This document shows positions 13,666 through 25,088 of a stretch of DNA of 64,000 nt, in pieces. The position numbers and the translations under genes were made by a program. The DNA is taken from NCBI RefSeq assembly GCF_037042905.1, contig NC_087254.1, forward strand, positions 2,666,001 to 2,730,000. Direction: 5' to 3'. Positions within the stretch are counted from its first letter, which is position 1, and each line of letters begins with the position of its first letter. The stretch comes from Lytechinus pictus. Its lineage: Eukaryota. A model generated the notes under the pieces. That model did no database searches. It had not been told where the DNA came from and was given only the letters and a program-made list of their open reading frames with translations.

Positions 13666-14058
13666 GATTCAATTCAATCTTCTTTTAGTGCAACCGTATA
13701 AATTTTACACGAGTTGGATTATGTACAGATAAAAATGATTGACAATTATACAATTCATAGTACAAAGATTGATAATTTATATTTAAAACGAAATAAAAAT
13801 TATATCAAAAAGTATCTTAAAAATACCAAAAGTAAGGAATTATTATTACATTAAAAAAAGAGAAACACGTATACACATTCACAAAACCAAGAAATACTGT
13901 CTTAAATTGCATGCCCATACTGCCATTAACTCAATCCAATAAAAAAGGAATTTGAAGTTAAAGATAAATTATCAGTGCAAACTATATAATTGTGTTTTAT
14001 CCGATTGGTGCTGAAATAATCGAGATGAGGATGAATTGTATAACATCTAAAATGCATA

Positions 14059-14335
14059 CACTGTTAGAAAATTTATCCTTAAAATAAAAGAAGTTCCTGC
14101 AGCAGAGTCTCGAGAACACCTGTAATCTTACCAGATTGCGTAATCTTACAGGAAATTGGTATTTGGTGTATGGAACCTAAAAAATTTCCTTAAAGAAAAC
14201 ACCCTTTTCCCCTTTTTAAACAGACCTGTTCTGTTAACGGGCAGAAAAATTCCTGTTTTATGAATCTACAGAATGATTCTAAATTGCTTTCTGCAAAATC
14301 TTTTTTTTCCTGTAAAATCAGGGTTTTTAACAGTG
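14059..14335. mobile_element. MITE with CACTGTTA TIRs flanked by TA
   Basis: TA|cactgttagaaa ... ttttaacagtg|TA. Confidence 0.7.
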
Positions 14336-14533
14336 TAGGAGTGTAAACAATTTTAAACAGCATATTTATTTGTGTTTTTTTTTTTAAAATTGCATTGAAT
14401 CCAAACCGAATTCTAATTTTTCATTGTTTAGATTGGAAAATATGATTTTGTTTAGTTGGGTAAACAAAATCAATGGGTTATTGATGCATTCAAATTCTTT
14501 TAGTGTTATGTAAATCTACAGATTTGATTTTAA

Positions 14534-15136
14534 AGGACAAGTCCACCCCAACAAAAACTTGATTTGAATAAAAAGATAAAAATTCAACAAGCATAACACT
14601 GAAAATTTCATCAAAATCGGATGTAAAATAAGAAAGTTATGACCTTTTAAAGTTTCGCTTCATTTCACAAAACAGTTATATGCACATCTCGGTCGGTATG
14701 CAAATGAGGGAACTGATGACATCACTCACTCACTATTTCTTTTGTATTTTATTATATGAAATATGAAATATTTTGATTTTCTCATCATTGTCATGTGAAA
14801 TGAAGTTTCATTCCTCCCTGAACACGTGGAATTCCATTATGTTAATATTTTGTGCTTCAGGCAGGGAGGTCCTAATCATCAAATTCGTAAAAATTGAAAT
14901 ATTGTATAATTCAAACAATAAAAAACAAAAGAAATAGTGAGTGAATGACATCACCGACTCTCTCATTTGGATGTAACTGGCTCGTTCATATAACTATTTT
15001 TTTAAAAATAAGCGAAACTTTGAAATGTCATAACTTTCTTATTTTACATCCGATTTTGATGAAATTTTCAGCATTGTGCTTGTCTGATTTTTCTCTATTG
15101 ATTCAAATTAACATTTTTCAGAGGTGGACTTGACCT
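14534..15136. mobile_element. Kolobok-like MITE with long imperfect TIRs and TTAA target duplication
   Basis: TTAA|aggacaagtccacc ... ggtggacttgacct|TTAA; inverted arms longer than 100 bp. Confidence 0.8.
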
Positions 15137-15849
15137 TTAACAAATTGTATGTAAAATGCGTTCACTAAGATCCGTAGGTTGTGGAGAGTAGTTATATATG
15201 AATCCAACTTCCAGCTGACACGGTTTTCTTGTCAGGATTTCCGTATAGTCTACGTTTACAGACCCTATAAGCTCTCTATGACATTAAAACGGAAACATAG
15301 TTCGTTACACGACTCCTTTCTCTCTCGAGCTTGGTCCCCAAGGTAATTAATAACAAACTGTCCACTTCTAAACAGGGGGTAACCAAAAACTCGAAAACAA
15401 CCTAATTTCATTTTTAAGTTTCGAAACACCATAAAAAAAATTGTCATATATTCTTGTTCAGGTCCTGTACAACTTTCTAAAACATAAATTAGAGTCCACA
15501 AATGTCAATATTTTCGAAGTAACGTATCCGCACAAAGCTTGAAGATTGGGATCGAGTTCATTATCATGTATCCATCTGAACTGAAAACTTAGTCCTAGTT
15601 ATCAGTCAGACGGCAGGTCCCAAGAAAGTGGCTTCTTCATGACTTGAGATGTTTTGCATATTTAATGAGTTTGATGCGGATCAAAACACCTCTTTTCGTT
15701 CGGTCATTGCTGCTCTAATTGCGCATCGAATTTCATGATTTTGGCATCATTGTAAAGAAGAAGAATAATTCTTTTAGGTCATGTGTTTGAATTTATTCAA
15801 AAATTTTGTAATATAAGTTAAAATTTTGATCTAAAATATGCTACAAAAT

Positions 15850-16400
15850 ATTTATTTTCACCTGACAAAAGATGCTATTTTCACACTTTATTTTTGTTTG
15901 AGCCCAAATGATTTTTTGGTCATGATAAAGCTGAACATGTATGCTTTAAAATGGTAAAGGTTTCAAAATAAGAATTGGTTTAATCGGGTCAAGATCACAC
16001 CTTTCATTGGCCAAGTACATAAAGCAGCTTGAAAACAAGAATAATGCACTCTGATTAGTCAAAGAGACCACACACTGGCAAATTCCAACGGTTCCAGTGC
16101 CTGGGTTCATGGGAAGGTCACACTTCCCATGTGGTAATCTCCTCAAATTACCCGCGCCTGTTGTTCTGTGAACCTTATCCAACCAATCAGAACTTTGGAT
16201 TTCATGCAAGTACAAAATTTCATAAATCTCGTCTTGTACCTTGGTGGGAAAAGTGTGATCTTGACCCGATTAAAAGGTGCCGCATATTAAGAGTGGCATT
16301 GAAAGTACAGAAGTTCAGCTTTATGATGATATACATATCATTGAGGCTCAAAATAAAAAGTTTTGCACAATTTGCAAAAGAAAACAGAGGAAGAAAATTC
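15850..16400. mobile_element. Palindromic DNA-transposon-like insertion inside the distal LTR region of Gypsy A (outer limits uncertain)
   Basis: Inverted arms ttaatcgggtcaagatcacac (15980) / gtgtgatcttgacccgattaa (to ~16272) and gataaagctgaac / gttcagctttatg. Confidence 0.5.
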
Positions 16401-19400
16401 AGTTTTGAGGCACATTTTCAGGCCAGAAATTTACTTATTTAACAAAATATTGTATAGAAAATAAATAACCAACATGAAAGAATAACATTTACTCTATCTG
16501 ATGGTGCAATAATATTTCATTTAACTTGAGGTTAAAACAGGTAAATTCTTAGAGAAAGAAAATCTCACGAATCACGAGATTTTGCAAGGAGGAGGATTCA
16601 GCCACGAGATGATTTGGATGAATCTGGCCTTTTTGCTCATTAGCATAGGGACCTGCGGTCTGACTGTTATAGTTTGTAGGAAACTCATGTCTCAAAATAA
16701 TCCCGCAGGTATGTAGCAGGTCCTCTGTCACGGGAGGGATACCGTCTCGCTGAAGTTTCTTTTTCAGGTGCGGTTTCTCCTATGGCAGTGGGTAATTGTG
16801 CATTAGTTGTACCCCGTGCTGTTGCACCATCTGTTGCATCGTCAGCTGGACTGTTGTCTGATGGCTCTCCAGGTACATCGTCATTGGGTGGAATGTTTTC
16901 TGAGGAGCTTTCCAAAGTGTGGTCGTCTGCCGAAGCTTCATATGGTTCACCTGCAAGGGTGCACCTGCAGCCTGGCTTCAGTCTGGTGGATCTCCAGGCA
17001 CATCCTCATCGGGCACGACGTCTTCTGGGGAACTTTCAGTATCATGGTCAGTTGTCAACGTGTCATCTTCTGGTCTCTCAGATGCCTCTTCACCTGCTGG
17101 CGTCTGGTCTGGTGGGTTTTCAGGCACCTCGCCATCTGGCTGGATGTCTGCTGGGGAGTCGGATGTGTTGTGATTATGCATGCTGACACCACCTGGCGAA
17201 CCTCTCTGCTCCAAAGTCTCCACCACGGGGTCTGAATTCCCAAGTCGGAAGCCCAATATCTTGATAGGGTTTCAGCCTATCAATGTGTACTTCCAATGGT
17301 TTAGACTTCCGTGACTGTTGAATCCTAACTGTGACATCTGACAGGCGAGTGACCACTAGGTAAGTGCCAAGCCATCTTGGTTGCAGTTTTGGGCAGCGAC
17401 CCTTTTCTCTGGTCTTCTTTCGAAGCCATGCAAATCGCCCAACGGCATAGGGAGCTGTATGCACCTTCCTGTCGGAGAACGACTTCTGCTCGCTGTCTTC
17501 AAGGTTTCTCTCGCTACCTTGTGAGCTATTTCTAGATGATTCCGGAACCTGGCACTGTAGTCTGTTTGGTCGTCATCTCCGTCGGTCTCGGGAGGAGGGA
17601 GATCCCAGCCCATAGGCATGGGATTGTCTCTCGCCCTAACATTAACATATTGGGTGTTTCACCGGTTGCATCACCTGTGCTGATCGAATGCTGTACCAGA
17701 CCGGTCTTCCCCAGGTCATTTGCAACTTGTGAAAAGATATCTCCAAAATCCTATAGCAATGCCGCCACTTTTCCACGCTGGTGCTCAGGGAGTTGCTCTG
17801 TACTTCGTTCATAGAGTTCTTCTGGGTGCTTAGGTACAGAGTTCGACATCTGGTCAGACTGAGGGGCACGGGCTTCCTCTATACCTTCTGCATCAGCTCG
17901 AACCACAGCCGCGGCTACTAGCAGGCCCTTCTTGCTCAATTCTGTAAAAAAATGCAGGGGCTTCCAACAATGCGACCCCGCTAATGGTCTCGGAGTCACA
18001 TCTAGTCGCTTCTCCTTTGAGAACAACATAATGCCCGGCGGGGACAATATTGGTTTCGGAGTCTACGGATCTGCAGCAAAATTGTCTGCGCTCTCGGTCC
18101 TTACAGGGGATAGACTGCCAAGGTGTTCGTAGTTCCATCCTACGACAGTCTAATTCAGCATGCATCTGAATTAACAGGTCAAGACCGATGATACCCTCAT
18201 TCTTCAATGTAGCCACGGACAGTTGGACCATGAAGACCAATCCTCCAATGTGCAATTCCATTGCAGCTTCTCCCCTGGTGTTAAAGTCGATCCATCAGCC
18301 TGTGTTACTCATTTTCTCCAAGATTAGCTGGTTTTCCTTGTCGATCATGTTGAAGACATTGTCGGCAATAAAGTATTGCGACGATCCAGTATCAATCAGA
18401 AATGTAACTGACTGACCATTGACTTTAGACTCAATGAAAATGCCTTGCCGCTTGACGTTTCCTGTCGTACCAACTCGAATTTGTCCAGCTCCTGGTTGGT
18501 CATCCTGTTTAGATGCTTGCTTTTTGTTCCTCTCTAAACTTCCTTCATCCTGACTGGAATGATTGGGTTCCACCCTCTCAGTATCTAGTACATTATTTGG
18601 GCAATCTTTCTTGAACTGTCCAGTTCCATGACAAAGATGACAGCGGTTGGTGCGTGTCTCTTCATAAGGGCAATTTTGGGCAAAATGTCCCTGTTGTCCA
18701 CAATTATAGCAAACTCCTTCAGACTGTCATCTCTTCTGAAGCTGTGGTCCAGTGTTGCCTCCCAGTAATGCACCGGTTACATGTTTGGTCAGCAAATCCA
18801 ACCAAGCTGTAAGATCAGCAAGCATCTTTTCCATCTTTCTGACGACTTCTGCTGTGTTGGGGCAGCAGGGCTCTTTATCTGCTCATTGCTTGTCAGTTCC
18901 CGACTGTGACTGTGATGGTGAGAATGTTTAAATTCGCTCCGTTCTGACTTCATCTTAAGGAATGCCTCTGTGTTCAGAGCCGCCTGTATGGCCTCATCCA
19001 AGGTACGAGGTTGAGCTCGAAACAACCCTTCGATTTCGAATTGCCGGGTTCACTACTGCTTCCATGAAATGATTTCGATCAAGTTTTTCTTGACCATCTG
19101 GGCCAAACTCTTGATAGGCCATCCCCGCCAGGTCTCGGATGCTTTGCCTAAGTTCTTGGAGTGTCTCCTGTGGCTTCCTACGTCGTGCTCTTAGCTCTGC
19201 TAAACAGACATCAGCCTTTCCTGAAGGACCGAAGAGATGTTGAAGTATGTTGACTAGTTCCTGATATGGCAGCTCCATCTCACCATGTTTCGCCAAAAGT
19301 TTCAGCGCTGGACCCCTCAAACTAGCTGCCAGGAAATATGATGCCTGCCTATCTGTCCAGTTGTTGATGACGGCACATGCCTCAAAATGCTCCAACTCCA

Positions 19401-20104
19401 AGTAATCAAGGATTGGAGCCTTCCCGTCAAAGCGGTCTGGTAACATGCATGGCTTTGCGTTAATTTTGACCTGTTGGTCCAAAGATGATCGATTATTAAA
19501 TCGGTGGTCGCCCAATCGGCCAGGAAATTGATTGTGTGCTGAAACAGTTTCATCCCTTCCTGGAAACTGTTGGTAACTCTGAGGACTAGATGACTCAGGA
19601 AAGGAAGGCCGTAGAAGGGGCGCATTGAATCGAGGGCTCTGCCGAATTCCCTCTACTGTGTGGTCAGACGTCCTAGGCAGGTTTTCAAACACTTGATGGA
19701 TATTTCCTATAGGCGGCATGCGCGGATAACCGATAGAAGTTGTTGAGTCACCCGCAATATCTGCCTGAGATGCGGTACTCCTAATCAGTCTACTCGGTTG
19801 AAGAGATGGTTCTGTTTCTTGCACTCCGTTATCCGTAGCCGATGTCCTAACGCCAGTGGAAGGCATGCTAGCAATTCCTGTATCACCATAATGTTGAAAG
19901 AGCGGAGTACTCTGCTGCGAGTGACGACGTGGCAGTGGAGACCCAGATGTTCGTTGCAAATCAGTAAGTTGTTCGTTGATTTCTGTAATCTGGTCTTCCA
20001 CTTGTTGGATCAGCTCCGCAGGTGTTAAATGATAAGCAGGATTCACCTGTACTGCTTCCATGTTCAACAGCTTAACTCAGACAATGGTGCTCGTCAACTG
20101 TTGA

Positions 20105-20285
20105 AAACCGACTAGTCTTTCTCCAACCAGTTCTGCACAGACCAGTCCTTCTCCTACCAGTTCTGCTCCAACCAGTCCTTCGCCAACCAGTTCTGCACCA
20201 ACCAGTCCTTATCCAACCAGTTCTGCACCAACCAGTCCTTGTCAAACCGGTTCTTACCAGCCAGTCCTTCTCTAACCAGCAGCAA
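20105..20285. repeat. 30-bp tandem repeat in the Gypsy A 5' leader
   Basis: accagtccttctccaaccagttctgcacca, about 5-6 copies. Confidence 0.85.
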
Positions 20286-20474
20286 TCCCACTTCTGGCAC
20301 CACGTGTGACGGCCTCAAATCCAACTTCCAGCTGACACGGTTTTCTTGTCAGGATGACACCGTGCCTGACAGTCAGTTGCGTTAATTTGGTCAAAGTATA
20401 TGACCGTTGCTGATGGTTTATGGAAGACTGATTAACAACCATCACCAACCGTCGACTCTGGTTTCTCCAGTAGC

Positions 20475-20890
20475 ATTTTGAGGAGCAAATTGTCGGCGGA
20501 GCGATTGTCGCATTATGCGGAGCAAAATAATGTCCTAGGAGCAAATGTCCGCGGAGAAAATGTCCTCGGAGCAAACGTCGATGGAGCAATAGTCGCATTT
20601 TGAGGAGCAACTATCGGCAGAGCAAGTGTTGGCAGAGCAGTTGTTGCATTATGCGGAGCAAACGCAGCAGAGCAATAAAAATATTGTCGCAGTTTGGTGG
20701 AGCAATTGTCGCAATTTGCGGAGCAAATGTCGGCGGAGTAAAAATCGGCGAATCAATAGTCAGCGAAGCAATTGACGGCGGAGAAATTGTCGGTAGTGCA
20801 AATACCGGCTGAGCAAAATATCGGCGGAGAAGTTGTCGTATTTTGCTAAGTAATTGTCGGCGGAGCAGATGTCGGAGGAGCAATAGTTGG
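20475..20890. repeat. 15-bp minisatellite array (ggagcaa..tgtcg)
   Basis: Same unit as 11420-11593. Confidence 0.85.
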
Positions 20891-20899
20891 TCACCACCT

Positions 20900-21188
20900 A
20901 ATACGCTATTCTTGGGGACCAGCCGTCTGTTTTCAGACCGCGGGATAGCTATGAATAGGTAGGAGTATGCACAAGGATACACACTTCATGCCTTCGATCT
21001 CACTCCCGATCTAAGGGGATCTAAGCGATGGGTGTCATTTGAATCTGGTCAAGGAAGGAAGTGTACGCTTTGAAGCGGGATTTGACGTTGCTCTACCCAA
21101 TACCCTGAATTTTATTGTATACTCTGAATCACAAGGACTCGTCCAGATTGATAGACGTACGAAAGTCATATTCCACTTTAAGGGTTGA
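20900..21188 (+). pseudogene. Maverick/Polinton major capsid protein C-terminal fragment (remnant C)
   Basis: Translates across a stop and a frameshift as EYAQGYTLHAFDLTPDL...HLNLVKEGSVRFEAGFDVALPNTLNFIVYSESQGLVQIDRRTKV, matching the Maverick capsid C-terminal pattern GYTL.AFDLTPD...G..R.E..F...L....N.IVY.E....I.ID. Confidence 0.8.
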
Positions 21189-21199
21189 AAAGGAGGAAT

Positions 21200-21640
21200 A
21201 TCCGTTACCCTACCCGGTCGACTACCCTCCAGATTGATCACGTGTTCAAGACCCATCCCACTACCAAGGATCACTTTAAAAGTGTCTTTTCATTGGATAC
21301 CGCGTGTTCTACTGGAGACAAATACTGTTACGTTTTTGATAGCGATACGAGTGATAAACCAGGCTCCCATAGGCTCGCATTTTACTACGATGGAAGGTAG
21401 AGTTTTTTTTTTCTCTTTTGGAAATCAACCCTCGTTTCGACATAGAAGAATTTCTGCATGATTCAATCAAACACTGGGGGTGGGCAGTACTGTATCTACT
21501 ATCTGATTAAAAGATCACAAGGAAAGATATATTCTGAATGTCTTTGGGACTGATTTGAATGGAAATCATAACGAAGTAAACAGATGGTTTAATGGGAACT
21601 ATAACTCACAACATCCGATTCACTCTTTCACAGATCGCTA
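21200..21640 (+). pseudogene. Maverick/adenain-type cysteine protease remnant (remnant C)
   Basis: TLQIDHVF...FKSVFSLD...VFDSDTSDKPGSHRLAFY...FFFSFG...SNTGGGQYCIYYL..R; matches the NTD..PG.HW / FFDS.G / S..CG.YC pattern with the catalytic Cys lost. Confidence 0.75.
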
Positions 21641-23377
21641 GGAGTTTTGAAAATAAAGAAGTTGATCCTTAATTACTTTCATCAGGAATACTATTTACAT
21701 TTTGTACGTTATTTATTCTCAAATAGTACTTTTATAATATCTCCCTCTTTCCTAATATCTCTCCTCATTCCATTTAATATACTTTTATCGATTTCTTTCA
21801 ATTTTTCTCTTTCTCTCTCTCTCTCTATCATGTCTCTCTCTATATATATTTTAACGAAATGAATTGTTTATGTAATGTTCAGCATGGTTTCGTAATAGAG
21901 AGGAGCGTAGAATAATTCTTAATCCATGTTATAGTTGCATAGGGAAATTCAGTAATCGTTTGTAATCGATTATGTAGGGATTTTCTTGAAAATGTATGAA
22001 AGCACTATTTGTTGAGAAATAACGATGTTTAACTGTATGATTGTGTTAGCTATTTATCTTTAATTGTTCTTCACTGTTCGGGTATAAATAGTAGTTACAG
22101 TTACCATTGATGTTGTTGGAAAGATTTATTTCATGGCCCTAACTGTTTTTAAAAGAAGATTAAATTTTACGGCCTGACAATTTCCCTCCTCCACCGATGA
22201 GCTTGATCAAGCTCCATGCTCGATTATGAGCCATGCAATATGTTTGGCAGCAAGAGGTTTCTGAACGAAACTATGTTAAATCTCTATTGGATCCTGCTGC
22301 GACGACAGGCTGAGCATGATTTCTTCAGTACAGTTTTAAGAACTGACTGCATTGCTTCCTGCTTTTCCTTATTCTGTTGTATGGAGCTACAAGTATACAT
22401 GGTCGGAAAAGCAGAAGTACTGACTAGAGAAGGAGTGAGAATACTGACTTTAGTGAGATACGGAAAATACTGAATTTACCGAGATACTGAGATTAGTGAA
22501 AATACCGAGATGAGTGAGGATACTGAAAGTACTGACATTAATGAGATACTGAAATACCGAGATTACGGAGATACTGAATACTGGAATGACTGAGATAATG
22601 GAGATACGGAATAACGGAGATGTCGAAATCCACGTGATATAATCTAAGTTACTGAGAAGGAGCAAAGAGTCAGATGTGAAAAGACGGACTTTACACCAAC
22701 TGGTTGTATATTGCAGCCGAAACGAACCATATTGTACCAGACCGATTCAACGGCAGCACTCCGGTTCAAGACTATCTGAACCATTTCAGTTGTGCGTTGA
22801 GATCAATCGCTGGGAGAACCTTAGGCAATGGAATATCTGGCAGCCAGTCTGAGATGTTCTGCAGTTAAACTGCTAACGCAGAAAAGAGGAAGGCGACTCA
22901 CTTACTATGAACTAGTGGACAGAATGAGGAAACGATATGGTCCAGGTGGTAAGGCAGAGGTCTACCTTGCCGAGTTACGACAGCGACGGAGAGGACAAGG
23001 GGAGATTCTTCACGAATTAGGACAGAGCATAAGAGATATGACGGCTCTCGCCTATCCTGAATTTGATGAAGACCGACAAGGCCGGTTGGCGAGGGGGCAC
23101 TTTCTAGATGCGATTGTAGATTTCAAAATCCGAGAAGGGCTTTTCCGCTCGCGACCAAGATCACTGGAGGAGGCAATAGAAGCTGCTCTGAATGCGGAGG
23201 CGTTCTCAAGGATGGAGGATGAAAGGTGGAAATTCCAGTTAGCCAGGTACAGCCCTGCTGTAACCCGAGATTGCGACGGAATTCATTCCGTACTGGAAAA
23301 CCCTACTGGAAAGTAAGAATGAAAAGACTCATTCAAGACCTTCTCGAAATGGAATCGGAAGAGCCAGACGACCACAT

Positions 23378-25036
23378 CTGGTACCGGACAGATTTGATGG
23401 ACGCACACCTGTCGAAGATTATCTGCATCACTTTGAGGCCTGTGCTGGAGTAAACGGATGGACAAGAAGGGAAGCAGTTCAGTTCCTTGCTGCAAGTCTG
23501 AGGGGCCCTGCTGTGAAGTTGTTGACCCAACAACCTGGAGTGGTGTTGACATACGACGAGTTGGTATACAGGCTCAGAAACAGGTTTGGCCTAGGAGGCA
23601 AAGCTGAGGTATACCTGGCGGAGTTGAGGCAACGTCGTCGCCGACCAAAGGAAAGTCTCCAGGAGTTAGGACAAAGAATACGGGAGCTGTGTGGATTGGC
23701 GTATCCCGAATTCGACGAAAAGGGGCAGGATCGGCTTGCCCGAGGGCATTTCCTAGATGCCGTAGTAACACCAGAAATAAGAGAAGGATTATTCCGTGCT
23801 CAACCTCGCACATTGGATGATGCTGTGGAAGCTGCTTTAAACACAGAGGCCTTTCTGAGAATGGAGGGTCAGAGGAACGAAGTAAAGCGGGCTACAAGGT
23901 ACAGCCGAGCTCTGGAAGAGCAAGAGTGTGAGGTTGTAGCAGTGCGGGAACATCAACCAAGGAATCCAACTATCGACAAGATAGTAAAGGCTGTCATAGA
24001 CGCCTTGGATGAAAGAGACAGGACAAAGGAAACACAAATCAGGACCAAGTATCAGGAATCAAGAAAAGATGGCGTAGAGCCACAAAGAAAAAGAGAGGAA
24101 CCAAATAAATCAAAGATTGATGAACAAGAGGAACAAAGATGTTTCAACTGCAATGGATTGGGGCATTGGAGGAAAAACTGCCCATATCCAAAGAAAATGA
24201 AAGGAGGAACAGCAGCTTTTCAAGTATCCGAAAGGGAAATGATGAGCGAAATAAAAGAGAAAGAGGAACAAATCAGAGTCGGAACGACTCTAGATGGACA
24301 AGAGAAAAGAGGAACAGAGGAACAAACAACAGTCGGAGTGACTCTAGATGAACAAGAGAAAAGAGGAATAAAAGAACAAGAAAAAGAGGAACAAACCAGA
24401 GTCGGAGCGACTCTAGATATCAAGAGAAAAGGGCTTTACCTTCAAGGCAGAGTAAATGGACAAGAATTAAAATTATTGGTCGACACTGGAGCTACCAACA
24501 CTCTTATTGGAGAGAAAGTGTTTGACCAAATAGAGGAAATCAGAAGACCAGAATTACTACCAGTGACAAGTGTTGTACTACAAGCAGATGGATCTCAATT
24601 GAGAATCAGAAGAAAGTCAATGCTGGAAGTGCAGATTGGAGACATAGTCGTCACTACAATGGCTACAGTGGCTAGTCTAAAGAATGAGGGCATTTTAGGG
24701 CTAGATTTCCTAGTCAAAATCAATGCTGTATTAGACTGCCAAAAGATGGAATTGAGGACCAACTATGGCATAATTCCATGCCTAGATAGTAACGGAGAAT
24801 CATTCTGCAGGAGGATAGTAGCGGGAGAAGATTATTCGATTCCCCCAGGACACGAGGTGGTATTAGCAGGTAGAGTTACAGGCAGAAAAGTGTCACTAGG
24901 TGATGGATTAGTAGAACCACCTGCAAATCCAACAGAACTAATCAAGATGAAGCATGCACGTGTTCCATGGCTTCTAGACGTCTTGTTCGAATATACCCTG
25001 TGCTGCCAGACCGGGAATATAGGGAACCGCGAATGA
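23378..25036 (+). pseudogene. Gypsy B gag-protease open frame, truncated before RT
   Basis: LVPDRFDGRTPVEDYLHHFEAC..., CFNCNGLGHWRKNC knuckle, LLVDTGA aspartic protease. Confidence 0.88.
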
Positions 25037-25088
25037 GTCGATCTCTTATGAGGTCACCACGTCGCTCTGACTCTCGCTCACCACGTCG

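Larger units (their letters stand above)
15199..20400 (-). mobile_element. Ty3/Gypsy LTR retrotransposon A: degenerate gag, zinc knuckles, protease and integrase tail; RT/RNase H deleted
   Basis: PDRFDGK...HFEACAVINNW gag (18994-20067); FLIDTGS protease; KLQPRWLGTYLVV integrase tail; PBS TGGTGCCAGAAGTGGGAT next to LTR end GTCACA at 20305; 38-bp LTR segment identical at 15201-15238 and 20318-20355. Confidence 0.9.

Noticed and set aside
20900-21640. Remnant C as the missing distal half of Maverick A
   Set aside because: It has the opposite orientation to A and is separated by a Gypsy element; no terminus or TSD links them
21850-22200. 5' LTR partner of 27945-29247
   Set aside because: Only the first few bases resemble it (..acgaaatg); no sustained identity, so an LTR pair cannot be claimed
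22430-22660. Regularly repeated gagatactga units resembling an array
   Set aside because: Short degenerate tandem repeats in a Gypsy leader, with no unique spacers or cas genes; not CRISPR
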